This document shows, in pieces, positions 1-12,195 of a stretch of 64,000 bases of DNA (positions are counted from its first letter, which is position 1; each line of letters starts with the position of its first letter). The position numbers and the translations under genes were made by a program. The stretch is taken from assembly GCA_028534125.1 (NCBI GenBank), contig CM052817.1, positions 40,922,001 to 40,986,000 on the forward strand. Reading direction: 5' to 3'. The notes under the pieces were generated by a model. That model was given only the letters and a program-made list of their open reading frames with translations. It ran no database searches and was not told the DNA's origin. The stretch is from Lama glama (taxonomy: Eukaryota).

Positions 1-1609
1 AAATACTGGGAGGATTCAAACAAATCATTGGATTTATTATGTTAATAAGTGTTCAGTTTGCACAATAGACTTTTCTCTGCTAAATTTAATTTTTGCATCA
101 AAGACTCATTCTTGAATAAATTTTTTCTTTTCTTTTGATCCTGAGTATCATTGCAAGCATTAATTATAATACCTGGTGTTTACACAATGATTTTCACCTC
201 AATTGTAGAAACATATGTTTAAATTCAGCAATCCCTTAAACTTAAGCATAGGCAGCAAGTATTTACATGTTATAGAATAACTTGGAGGTTAGGCGATTAC
301 AACAACAGACCAGATACATTTTTCTTCGTCCTGATTGGAAATACAGCTTTTTGCAAAACCGCCTAGTCTGTTCACAAAGCTGTTCCTAAGGATGCTAGTG
401 AGAAGGCTTTCTGAAATAACATTTAAGTGCTGCTACAAACCTGAGTCAGAAGGTTTTCCTTGTGGTTTTGATTTGTAATTTCATGAGCTGCAAAATCAAA
501 GACTAGATTCCCCCTCATTTTGTTCTCCGGTGTTAGAATTTCAGGCAATGATCTGGATGTGCTGCTTCTCACATGGGCGCCTTCGATTATATGGGATCTT
601 TGCTGCCGTGTTTAGAACGTTGGGGTGCTGGTTCCAGTCCCGTTTGCCTGCGTGTGCCTTCCTTGCCCTTCCTCTGCTCTGTGACCCCCTGTGACGGGGG
701 TCGAACCTGGCGGGCTGGATTGGTGCCCAGGCTCCTCCTTGTCAGCTGGTCTTTGGAAGGGGTCCACCGATGGAGGAAACTGGAGGTTGTGGGGAGGATG
801 GAAGAGGCAGGGCCCTGGCTCCTCCGGGGCACCCCTGCTGCCGCCTCCTGCCTTCATCGTCTAGCCTGCGGCTGGTCGTGGCTTTCAGCTGCTGTAAACT
901 CTGGGCTGCCTCGCTCTCCTGTCTGGTTACTCAGCAGCTCTTCCATCGCGGTGCCACTGCCTGTCTTCCTCTTTCGGAAGTCCCTGTTGTAGGTGTGTAC
1001 TGTGGTTTCTCATTTCCTCATTAGACCTTGATTGATACAGGTCTCAGTTCTCAGGGATGATTGCCAACAGAATGAACCATCATCTTTGTGAGAATTTTCA
1101 GAAAATTAACGTTCATAGAATTTACATTACTTTAGACCTTGAGGAACAGGGTACTATGGGAAAAGTGAGAAAATAATTGTATCATTTTGTAGGCAGGTAC
1201 TTCTGATGAACTATTTTATACACTGCTATCAAATGAGACGTGTTAATTGCATCGACCTGTGAGTTTCTTTATTGTCCACCTTGGATTTATAGCACTTTGT
1301 AATTAATGAAGGATATTAAGTGGTATAAAGTGACACTGCTAAAATGTATTAATTGAAGTATTTAAAAGTTTATACCTAAAAGCACAATATCTTTGTCCTC
1401 ATCTGAGGCAGACACACTTCTTGGTAGTATTGCTAGAAGATCGACTGAGAGATAAGTTTACATGATGTTTCTGAAACACAGGAAGAATGTCTATCCCGGA
1501 TAAGTGGCCAGCATTAATAAGTAAGTGGTTAGTATGTCGTGTCTGCATTTCTTTAGCTACATGGTGTTCTGCAGTGGGAAAACACCAGACTAGGAATCAT
1601 GAACTATGG

Positions 1610-2060
1610 ATCTTATCTTGGGTAGGGTTCACTAGAGACAGGGATGTGTGAATGATTTATTGAGTGAAGGACTTGTAAGGAAGTGAGAACGGGGCAGGGC
1701 AGGGGAAGAAGATAAGCAAAGATGTGTTTCAACTGAAATCTAGCCTCATCCTGATCACACGGGGAGCTTGGGGGCATGAATAACACCAAGAGAAGTCCCA
1801 TCCTGAGATGAGGTGGCTGGGCTTTGGTGGCCCTTTGTCAGTGATTAACTCCGGGAGGCCCTAGAGTAGGGTGGAAGTACACGCCCTCCCAGGCATCGAT
1901 GTCCACGGACGGCAATTCTCTGGAGAAAGGTGTAGCTGTGAGCTCTTAGCAGCAACACCTAGAGCAGCTGAGAGATGGAGAAACTGACCTGATAAAGGAG
2001 ATCTGTGTGGGGCACCCATAGCACCTGTGATCAATATCAGGACACACAGTACCCTGTCCA
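1610..2060 (-). mobile_element. ERVL-class solo LTR (LTR16/LTR33-like)
   Basis: Resembles the recalled antisense ERVL LTR pattern (..gatttattgag..gggcagggcagggga..agcctcatcctgatc..ggggagct..). Subfamily uncertain. Confidence 0.6.
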
Positions 2061-2312
2061 CACCACGTACAGATCCTTTGTTACTGGACGAGACACAACC
2101 GCTCCAAGCCTCAGCTTCCTTGTTTGTTTAAAAATGGAAAAGACTGGTAATAACAACCACCCTGTCACTTTCCTTGTCACTCATAAGTGTGATGTTTCTT
2201 TATCTGACAGAAATAGAGTGCCGTGGAAATAAGTATTGTTTCCCTGAGTAGCTAGTCTGTAGGAGAGAGGGCAGTGTAAGGTTGTAAAGTTAACTTGAGA
2301 ACTCGAGTTTAA

Positions 2313-2504
2313 TAGATAAACAGGGTCATACTGTTTAGCATAGGGAACCATATTCAATACCTTGTAATAGCCTATAATGAAAAAAATATGAAAAGGAATA
2401 TATATAAATGTGTGTGTGCATATATAAAACTGAATCACTATGCTGTACACCAGAAACTAGCACAGCATTGTAAACTGACTATACTTCAATATAAAAAAAA
2501 GAAA
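2313..2504 (+). mobile_element. 5'-truncated L1 3'UTR with A-tail
   Basis: Same 3'UTR as the other L1 copies here. Decayed TSD gagaactcgagtttaa (2297-2312) / gaaaactgcagtttaa (2505-2520). Confidence 0.9.
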
Positions 2505-2534
2505 GAAAACTGCAGTTTAACATGATCGTGCTCT

Positions 2535-2900
2535 TCCCTTGGGTTTCTGAAAACAGTCTGAAACAAGGAGGTAGTTTATTTTGGAGGTGATCCTAGCAGG
2601 CAGGACTGAGCGGGTGGGGCGGGGGAGTCAGGGACGGGGGAACAGCCAGTGGACAGGTGTGCCACTGGGGTCCGTGCAGGGCTGTGGGTTGAGCTCAGTC
2701 ACACACTGGAGGGAAGGTGCCAACAGCAGGAAGTGAGTCAAGGCCTGTGTGGCACTGGTCGCAGCGCCAGAAGTGTCCTATCTGCTGTGCCACGCTTTTG
2801 GCTGTGCTCAGATCCAGTGATGCTAAGTCCCTGCTCTGATGGGGACTGTGCGGACCAGGAAGAGAAATGGGAGTCCTTGGTGGGGGAAAGTTGTCTGAAG
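2535..2900 (-). mobile_element. ERVL-class LTR fragment (LTR33/LTR16-like)
   Basis: gggtttctgaaaacagtctgaaacaagg..tagtttattttggaggtgatcc resembles an antisense ERVL LTR end. Confidence 0.5.
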
Positions 2901-3958
2901 TTGTCTCTGATGTTCCACGTTCATGCCTTCTGAAAGTCTCAGTGCTAAGCTTGGAAGATCAGCAAATGACATGAAACTGGAGGTAGTGGAGGCAGATTAC
3001 AAACATTCTATCTTTGTGTTGCTCTGAGCTCTTATCTTTTGCCCTGTGGTGACACCATCTTCTTAATTTGATCCCTAAGCTAGTTATCTCTGTTGGAAGG
3101 AGAGGAGCAGAGTGGAGAGGGAAGAGAGGGGAAAAGTCACGTGTGAGTGGGGGCGAGCAGGACACAGGGGCCTGCCGGAAGTCCCTGTGGGATGTCTTCA
3201 CACCACCCACGTCTCTTCTTCATGAGCAGAAGAGCTGGTAATGCCCCGTCCCATGGAAGATGGGAGGTGACTAGTGAGCCTGAGTCACAACACAGTGTGT
3301 CCTGTCTCTTAGGCGGGGTGGGGAGAGAAGAGGCTCAGAACCCCTGATTTAACCATTTCTTTTGCCTTACCTGTCTGAAAATTCTGGGCAGAATCCTTTC
3401 TAATTTCATGTTCTTCATCATATCACAAAATTGCTAGCTCCCATGTATGTTTGTTTATTCTAGCCCTTTGAGTTTATAATTAATTTTAATTAATGATAGC
3501 ATGATATACACGATGAATATCACTACTAAAAGTCTTAGGCTCATAGGGTAGACAGTTCAGGAGAGTGTCCCCATTTCTTTCATGTTTTTGCAGTCGAGAA
3601 TGGGGTAAGATGGAGGCAGTTTCATGTGTGTGTTGTAATACTCTGTCATGAAGACGTCCCCAGTGTTCTGAGTCACTTTTAAACACTTACAGTTATGGGT
3701 GAATAATAATGATATGAAAAAGAAAGACAACTGTAGAGAGCTTTGTATTTTGGTCATTTGTGAGCCATAATTGCGGATGAGGGGGAGGGGTTAATAATTT
3801 ATTACCAAATCTTTTAAATAAAATGTTTAGTACAAATTTGTAGCTTAGCTCCACTAGTGAAAAAGGCTTTTTTATTTCCCCAGTGTATTTTAGAAATATT
3901 TCAGTTGTAAAAAGATAGGGCACAGGGTTAACTGTATTGTAATTTCATCTAATTTTTT

Positions 3959-4580
3959 TAAACATCTTTTTATTGAGTTATAGTCATTTTACAATGTTGT
4001 GTCAAATTCCAATGTAGAGCACAATTTTTCAGTTATACATGAACATACATATATTCATTGTCATATTTTTTTTGCTGTGAGCTACCACAAGATCTTATAT
4101 ATATTTCCCTGTGCTATACAGTATAATCTTGTTTATCTGTTCTATGTTTTGAAATCCCAGTCTGTCCCTTCCCACCCCCCGCCCCCTTGGCAACCACAAG
4201 TCTGTACTCTATGTCCATGAGTCTGTTTCCGTTTTGTGTTTATTTTATTTTATTTTTTTTAAGAGTCCACATATGAGTGATCTCATATGGTATTTTTCTT
4301 TCTCTTTCTGGCTTACTTCACTTAGAATGACATTCTCTAGGAGCATCCATGTTGCTGCAAATGGCATTGTGTTGTCGGTTTTTATGGCTGAGTAGTATTC
4401 CATTGTATAAATATATCACATCTTCTTTATCCAGTCATCTGTTGATGGACATTTAGGCTGTTTCCATGTCTTGGCTATTGTAAATAGTGCTGGTATGAAC
4501 ATTGGGGTGCAGGTGTCTTTTTGGAGTAGGGTTCCTTCTGGATATATGCCCTGGAGCGGGATTCCTGGGTCATATGGTAA
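3959..4580 (-). mobile_element. 5'-truncated lineage-specific L1 (ORF2 end and 3'UTR)
   Basis: Antisense ORF2 C-terminus sequence (ccatgttgctgcaaatggc..ccagtcatctgttgatggacatttagg). TSD gtaatttcatc(t/c)aatttttt at 3939-3958 and 4581-4600. Confidence 0.95.
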
Positions 4581-4679
4581 GTAATTTCATCCAATTTTTT
4601 AACTTACATTTATTTTTCAAATTTATCTCACAAATATATGCACTTGGTTTTAGAAGTCAAATGATGGTAAATATATATA

Positions 4680-6225
4680 TATGTAGTCATTCCCTCCCTC
4701 ATTCAATGCCATTCTCCAGAGGCAATTAATTGCTCCTAATTCTGCAATTTTTTCTATGACTTCCAATTTTATAAAGCCAGAACTTTTTATTTCATGCCCT
4801 GTCTTCTCACTTCCTTTATCCTTTCAATATAGTTAGTTACTTTACAACTTTTGGCACGGTTTTTTAAAATATTTTTACTAGGTAAATATACTTTTTTTCT
4901 TAAGCCAAATAGTAGGTGATGGTTACATTTCCTTTATTTTTATTCTGGAATTAATAATCGCCTCATTCATTGTTTTTATTTACTTCACTGCCTTCAAATC
5001 TCTGGCCCAACTCTTTTCCCCATACCCTCCGACAGCTTTGTAAGATGTCCTTCTTAAAATTTTTCTCATAGTCAAATCTACCAAACAGTCCATCATATCC
5101 TGTCCTCTGTTTTATTTTTTATTTCTGAGACGTCTTCTGTGGCCCTCGGTTATTCCATTCCACCGAGGTGGGCTGCTCCCTGGACCTGCTGCAGAATGCC
5201 CTCCTTTGCCCAGTTCACTTTTCTTCTTTCTCTTGTGTCCAGGATTTATGTCATTTTCTTTCTTAGTTTGTTTCTTCATCCTCTTCAGCCTCCTGAAGAG
5301 CCATGGAAGGTAAATTTTCTGAGACTTTACATATTTGCAGAAAAGAGTTTATTCTCCTTTTACAATCGATTGATAGTTCGGTTAAATTTAGAATCATTGG
5401 TGGCAAATTATTTTCTTTCAGAATTTTGGAGCTGTTACTACATTGACCTCTACCTGTAATGTTTCTTTTGAGAAGATGGGTGCTTTTCTTATTTCTGAGC
5501 CTTTGCTTGCGACCAATTTTTCCTTGCTAGAAAACTTTAAGATCTCTTTATCCCTGGTTTCTCAACTTCTACACTGCTATCCTCAATTTGTGTTCCTTTT
5601 CCTTCATTTTGCTGTCTTTTAAGCAGGGAATTTCATTCTTCAGTGCTGGTGAATTTCCTTGGAGTATTTCTTTGAGAACGTCTTCTTCAGTGATTTTTCT
5701 CTGTTCTCTCTTTCTGGCACTCCTATTGGTTGGATTGAACCTCTAACCTTCTTAAATATTTTTGTCCTATTTTCTGTCTCTTTGTCTTTTTGTCCTACTT
5801 TCTGGGTGAATTCCTTGACCTAATCTTGCTACTCTTTTACTGTTTCTTATTTTTAAATGTTAGCAATATTTTTAATATCTAAAAGAATTTTTTTATGTTT
5901 GTTTTTATAATTTTTAATTTCATGGATGTACTTTAAAAAATTATGTTTAAACTGCCTATTTCTCTCCCCCTGTCAGTAGAGAGCTAATATGACCCTTTGG
6001 AGGAGAGGAAGGAGCTGGGAAGTCGTATCCCTTAGGCATGCTGGGTGAACAGTTTCAGGACCCCTGAGGACATTGAATAGAGTGTCTTTGTAGTTTTCTT
6101 TTTCTTCCTGCATTGCCTCCATTTCTCCTGACTTCCTCTTATTTTCCCATTACTTGTTTGCTTGTCTCACTTGAATATTGCAGAGTTTACTCAAATACCT
6201 GGAGTCCTCTGCTGTCCATTTATTT
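4680..6225 (-). mobile_element. Old, highly diverged L1 (L1M-type) fragments; probably continues at about 6875-7500
   Basis: T-rich antisense L1-like text (e.g. ttctttcagaattttg, tttcattcttcagtgctggtgaattt, ttctggcactcctatt). Confidence 0.55.
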
Positions 6226-6239
6226 TTTAAAAAAATTAA

Positions 6240-6865
6240 TTGATTAATTTTTTTAATTGAAGTATAGTCAGTTACAATGTGTCAGTTTCTGGTGTACAGC
6301 ATAATGTCCCAGTCATGCATATATATACATGTATTTGTTTTCATACTTTTTTCATTAAAGATTATTACAAGATATTGAATATAGTTCCCTGTGCTATACA
6401 GAAGAAATCTGGTTTTTATCTATTTTTATATATAGTGGTTACCTTTGCAAATCTCAAACTCCCAAATTTATCCCTTCTCCGCCTTTCCTCCAGGAACCAT
6501 AAGATTGTTCACTATGTCTGCCAGTCTGTTTCTGTTTCATAGATGAGTTCATTAATGTCCTCTTTCTTCTTCTTTTTTTCTTTTTTTAGATTCCACATAT
6601 GAGTGATAGCATATGGTATTTTTCTTTCTCTTTCTGGCTGACTTCATTTAGAATGATGATCTCCAGGTCCACCCATGTTGCTGCAAATGGCATTATCTTA
6701 TTCTTTTTTATGGCTGAGTAGTATTCCACTGGATAAATATACCACAACTTCTTTATCCAGTCATCTGTTGATGGACATTTAGGTTGCTTCCATGTCTTGG
6801 CTATTGTATATAGTGCTGCTATGAACCTTGGGGTATATGTATCTTTTTGAATTAGAGTTCCCTCA
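6240..6865 (-). mobile_element. 5'-truncated L1 with ORF2p C-terminal coding remnant
   Basis: Track ORF 6586..6873 (IQKDTYTPRFIAALYTIAKTWKQPKCPSTDDWIKKLWYIY...IMPFAATWVDLE) is the L1 ORF2p C-terminus, followed by the 3'UTR. Confidence 0.96.
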
Positions 6866-8059
6866 AGTTCCACTCCTGGGCATTCATGTTTATGAGTAAG
6901 CCTTTAGTAAGCAGTTTGGAAGTCCTATGTCTATTCATTGGACTTTACAGCTGGTGGCTTTCACTGTAGGGTCTTTAGGATGACACTTCTTTTTCACTGG
7001 GGACCTTCAAATGTCAGAATCTGTAGTATTTTGTCAGGGAGTGGTTCAGGTTTTCTAGAGAAGTTTCCTTCAATCTTCTGCAACTTTGTTCAATCTGCAG
7101 ACTTGCATCTACTCTCTGTTTCCATCTGTATGTCTCACCTCTACTCCCCCTTTTTATGTCTCATCTCTGAGTATGGACCCTCACTTTCTCCTGCAGGGGT
7201 GGGAATGCAGGAGTCAGACCTAGCTTTCCCCACCTTCTGAGGTTCTTGTGCTCCCAGCCTGCCTGCATTCTGTAGATATCTTTAACTTGCTTTTTGCATT
7301 ACCTTCCTTTGCAAGCACTTAGATGTTGCATTCTTCTATCTCTCTAGCGAGTCATCTTCTTCTCTGTTGCTTTCTGCCATCTTATAATTTAGTTCAGCAT
7401 TAAAACTGTCTCCTAGACTGATCAAAGATTGAATTGCTATTTCTGGTTCTTATTTCCTTGAGTACTGGGGTGATTTTTAAGATGAGAAAGGTGGGAAAAT
7501 ATCTACCATCTTGAAACTAAAAATTCAGTAATCATCACTTTAATTATAATGGAGAATGACTGGGGCTGGCTAAATTCGTCGTTGTTGTATGAAAGGACTT
7601 TTTTTCCCCTCTTAAATTCCCCTCCTGCTGAAAGCTGAAACACTGGTGTTATGATGAAGTAATCTTCTTCTTAACGTGTGAAGGTAGTTGGGGGAACAAT
7701 GAAAGCGATTGATTCTGGCTGAAAGTCACATTGCAGCAATTTTTCCATCATTGATGGGGGGTGGGATTTGTTCCCTTTGTTTCATCGAAATTCATACTTT
7801 CAGATCGCACCCAGGTTAGAATACAGTCGGAGGAAATCGTGACTTCTCAGGTGGTCTGTGGTACTCTGCATGTTTGCACACACGTCCCGAGTACAGTCTT
7901 AACCTGTGGGAAGAGTGCTTGGTCTTCCGGTATCATCTCAGCTGATGCATCGTGTTTCAAATAACTGAATCAAATGGCTGGATTAGGTTGGGGGAAGGAT
8001 GTTAAAGGGTTTCCTGGGAGACAGGAACTAGGTTATAGGTGGTCAGAAAGCAGTTGATG

Positions 8060-8278
8060 ATAATGGATATTGAGCATTTATCACGTGGCAAGGACTGAGC
8101 TTGGCAATGCTTTTTACATACATTATGCCATTTAATCCTCATAAGAGCCCTATGTGGAGAATACTGTTACCTGTTTCACAGATTAGGAAGCAGAGGATGA
8201 AGTGACTTGCCCAAATTTATCCAGAACCAGGATTCAATCCCTGGCTGTCTGACCCTGGAGCCTCTGCTCCTAACCTGC
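8060..8278 (-). mobile_element. MIR SINE
   Basis: MIR core: ttgagcattta..catttaatcctcataag..acagattaggaagcagagg..aagtgacttgcccaa..ggattcaatccc..tgtctgac. Confidence 0.8.
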
Positions 8279-8899
8279 TTCATAGTGATGAAGAGACCAT
8301 GGAGAGAGTGAGTATGAAAAGGGAGGCAGTAGGGACAGACAAAGGAGGAGGGAGAGAGCCTGTATTGACAACATTCAAGGAAACTGTGCCCCAGTCGTCT
8401 TGTGAGTATTGGTGAGGAGAGGGGCTGAGGAGGAACTGTGTAAACATTTGCTTCTGCTTGAATGTGCACCTCCCAGCCCCCCTCCACCAATTAGGAGAGC
8501 CGTCTTGATGAATAAAGAATGCTGCCTTGGCTTCTGAAAAGAAGACCCCAGGACATGCCTTAATGAGAGGAGGGGGAGTCACAGCTGACAGAAAGATAAA
8601 GCTCTCCGCAGGAGCCCAGCCCCAGTGAGGCCTGGAGCTTGTTGACTGAGCAGCAAGAGACCCTGCCTGTTGGCTCCCCCAACTCAGTGGCCTCCCGCTC
8701 CATCTTGGAAGAGTGCTCTCTCCCCACCGTGAGTCGCCTTCGATGGGACAGTTCATGAGCAGCACAGTGACGGCAGACGTCTCTCCATACTGTTCATAGC
8801 TTGGGCTTGTGACCAGACAGTTCGCCATTGCCCTCCTGGTTCCACTGGAGGAGAAGTTTGTAGAATTAGGTTGCAGAAGCAAAGGGCAGAGTGAAGTGC

Positions 8900-8934
8900 C
8901 CTTTATTTAGTCACTTTCCTTTATTTAGTCACTT
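8900..8934. repeat. Tandem duplication with 18-bp period
   Basis: cctttatttagtcactt at 8900-8916 and 8918-8934. Confidence 0.95.
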
Positions 8935-9180
8935 GCTTTTGGGAGCAGCATGGATTTAGAAGGGAGGGCTGTTTTGTTCTGAGATGTAATCCCTCTTTAG
9001 TCAATATTAAGATGCTTATTAGAATTACTTTGGACAAGAGTGACTGGATTCTGTTACCCACTAATTCAATACAAAAGGAAATCCCTTAAAGTAGAGTTTT
9101 TGAAGGGCTTTCTTCTACTTAACCTGTTTTGCTTCTAAGAGGAAGGTATTACTCTCTTTCTAAAGATGAGGAAACCAAGG

Positions 9181-9388
9181 TGGGGAGAGGGATAAATTAG
9201 GAGTTTGGGGTTAGCAGATACAAACTATTATATATAAAGTAAATGAACAGTAAGGTCCTACTGCGTGGCACAGGGAGCTATATTCAATATCTTCTAATAG
9301 CCTATAATGAAAAAGAATATATAACTGAATCACTATACTGTGCACCAGAAATTTTAAATCAACTATGCTTCAATTAAAAAAATTTTAA
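9181..9388 (+). mobile_element. 5'-truncated L1 3'UTR inserted in a MIR
   Basis: gggataaattaggagtttgggg..caactatgcttcaattaaaaaaa. TSD aaagatgaggaaac(ca/tg)agg at 9162-9180 and 9389-9407. Confidence 0.93.
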
Positions 9389-10704
9389 AAAGATGAGGAA
9401 ACTGAGGCCCAGAGATGTTTAAGTAGGGGCCACACCCACGGCCACGCGGGGCTTGAAATGGAAGCGAAACCAGTATCAACTTGCTCACGATCCTGGGCTC
9501 TTTCCTCAGCACCGTGTCGAGTTGCCTGTTGCTCAAAGTTTGCCAAAGCCCACAGAAGGCTTAAAAGCCCTCTTGTCATGAGACCCCAGGAGATCATCCA
9601 GGAAAAGACAGGCACTCCCTAGGCATTTCTTTCTTTGATTATATAAGTGCTCAATGCATTTCTGGGCACACGGAGAAAAGAAATTAGGTCATGTTTTATG
9701 TCTCTAAGGAGTTTTCAGTCTCATTGGAAGAGGAATAATGTAAACAAAATATTTAAAGGGGAATTAAGTTCCTAATTACAGCTAAATGGAAAATGTAGAG
9801 TTGCTCAGAAAAGGGAAGGAGATGGCGTAGGCTGAAACACCTGAGGAATGGGGAAGGTGGGGTATGAGTGGACGTGGAGGGGTGGATGGGGATGGAAGAT
9901 GGACCAGACACAGGAAGGCAAGAAAAGGATTTTCTACCAGTGAAAACAGAATTAGGACAGGAGAGGGAAGGTTCTGGGCCAGCCTTGAAGTTTGGGGTAA
10001 TGGAGTAAGGGTGAAGGGAGATAGGAATGTGTGTGTAGAAATACAGTTCTTTGATCTCTTATGCTCTACTTGGTTTTTTTCCCTCTCTCACCAGAATACA
10101 TAATTTAAAGTGAGACCGAGAAAGGAAAAAAGCCACTTTTTATTGCACCTATACTTACTGTAGTTCTTAATCTATCCATTGTACTAACTAGTTTTTTGAA
10201 GGCAGAGGACAGAATTACCCAACATTCAAAAAATTATTTTTTGGTGAGCCATTAGTAATCACTGAATATATTGTGTGACTTAAAATTCTAACAACTCCCC
10301 TCCCCCAATTCATTTCAGGGATTTTGTTTATTTGTTTTGCTTTGTTTTCAAAACAGGTCTCTATGTTTATCAGAACATCCACATGGAGAAAATCCATATT
10401 AATGTTATACATTTAGAAAATACAAGTGAACATAAGATTGCCATGGAAATATCAATGCCTCCCCAGGGGAGAAACCCCATAAATGAGTGCAGACAGGGCT
10501 AGTCATTCCCCCTCAATATTTCCATAGTGTGAATAATCTTGTTCATTGCACCATGAGCTCCTAGAAGAGACTGTGTCACTTGCATCTTTACATCGTGGTG
10601 TGCAGTGTATACCTCGCTGGTAGAGTTTACTCCAGTGACCACTGCCAGCCATTCTGTTGAATAAATAAGTGAATGCATAAGCGGAAGTCTCGCTTTCATG
10701 TTGT

Positions 10705-11114
10705 GTGCTAACGAAGGTAGTGCTAGCTGTGATAACAAGTAAGCCCCTACATGTCAGTTTTGCACAGCAGAACTGTGGCTATCACTCGTGATAGTCTAAC
10801 ATCGATGGGTGGCTTTCCTCCACTTGGTGATTCAGGGATCTGGCCTCTTTTCTGTCTCATGGCTCTGCTTTCCACTGGGGCTGCAGAGCCCACTGTATAT
10901 GGCAGGCAGACAGAGAAGAGAGCATAAAGAGGGTACACGTGCCACATAGCACTTCTGCTCACATTCATTTAACTAGAACTAGCCACAGGACCCTACCTAG
11001 GAACAAGGAGGGAAGGAACACGTGGTCCCTGGCTAGGTGGCTTCCTCAAAGAGACACTTAATATCATGGAGGACAAGTATGGATTTTAGTGAACAATTGG
11101 CCATCTCTGCTACA
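10705..11114 (-). mobile_element. MaLR LTR (old MLT1 subfamily)
   Basis: ctagctgtgataacaa..ttcagggatc..cacttctgctcacattcatt..actagccaca..gtgaacaattggccatctctgctaca. Confidence 0.7.
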
Positions 11115-11799
11115 TTCAGCCTTTAGCATCTCCTGGCTGTGTAATCTTAGGCAATTTCATAGCCTCAAGTCAGTTTCTTCCTTGCAGATGATAATCCTGC
11201 AAGGTTGTTGTCAATATTAAATGACACATGGATCTGAAGTAGCTAGCAGTAGTGTTGATGAATATTTGCTTCATGTAGGAGAACTAGCATAATATTGTTA
11301 CTTTTCATGTTCCAGTTCAATTAAGATATTTATTGTGTTAATGCTTATTTTTCTTTGGCCGTGATCATGGCACATACAAGACTTGGGCAACCCAAGGAGC
11401 CAATGTAGTCTTACGTATTAAGGTAGAAGTCCAGTAGAGACTTTTAAATGGACAGATCCTACTGCTGCCTTGGCACATACTAAGGCTAGGGTAACATGTG
11501 GTGCCTGTTTGGGAGTGTGGACTTCAGATAAAAAGGAGAATTTTCTCTTGAAAATTTACTGCAGATCTGCTAAGAGAGGGTACATGCTGTCAGTGTGAAA
11601 GGCTGATTGGCTTGTAGATATCACCTCATTCGACTGAAGGTGGATGGAATGGAAGTATTATAAACTTGTCCCATAGACCAAGGAGAGGCAGGACCCTGAG
11701 GAAGGGAGGACAGAGGTGTGTAAGGACTCAGGGCCATGGGAAGAGAAGAGAAGGGGAGGGAAGGGAAGGGTTAAGAGAGGAAGGGAAGGGGAGAGGAGC

Positions 11800-12195
11800 A
11801 GTGGCCATGCCTGGCTCTCCCTCTCAGGACTGAATTACTCATTCCCCAGCTGCTAGCAGGGCAGTGTGTTGGCTGCTGAGGGCTCAAAGCTGAGTCCTCT
11901 CCCAGAAACTGCCCTTGTTTGAAGGGCTTGCCTCTTTCAAGGGCCCAACCCTCACCCCAAGTCAAGGTGGCACTACCGAGACCCACTGTGGACATCTCCG
12001 AGGGCCACCCCAGCTTTACAGTTCCCAGCGGGGATGGTCGAGGCCACGGTGACAACCGAGTTCAACTTCTCCCTCTGCCCAGTTCCGCCTCCCTCATCCC
12101 TGCACAGCTGTGCTTCCCAGCGCACTTCCTAGGAAAGTTCCTGCACCGGACTCTGCATCTCAGAGTCTGTGCCCTGGGGAACTGGACCTATGAGA
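11800..12195 (+). mobile_element. ERVL-class solo LTR (LTR16-like)
   Basis: Ends ctctgcatctcagagtctgtgccctggggaactggacctatgaga. Same family as 39865-40285, in the opposite orientation. Confidence 0.7.

Noticed and set aside
6586..6873. 95-aa ORF with protein-like sequence
   Set aside because: It is the L1 ORF2p C-terminus of a truncated L1, not a host gene.
8280..8882. 200-aa minus-strand ORF
   Set aside because: Non-ATG start, no recognisable homology.
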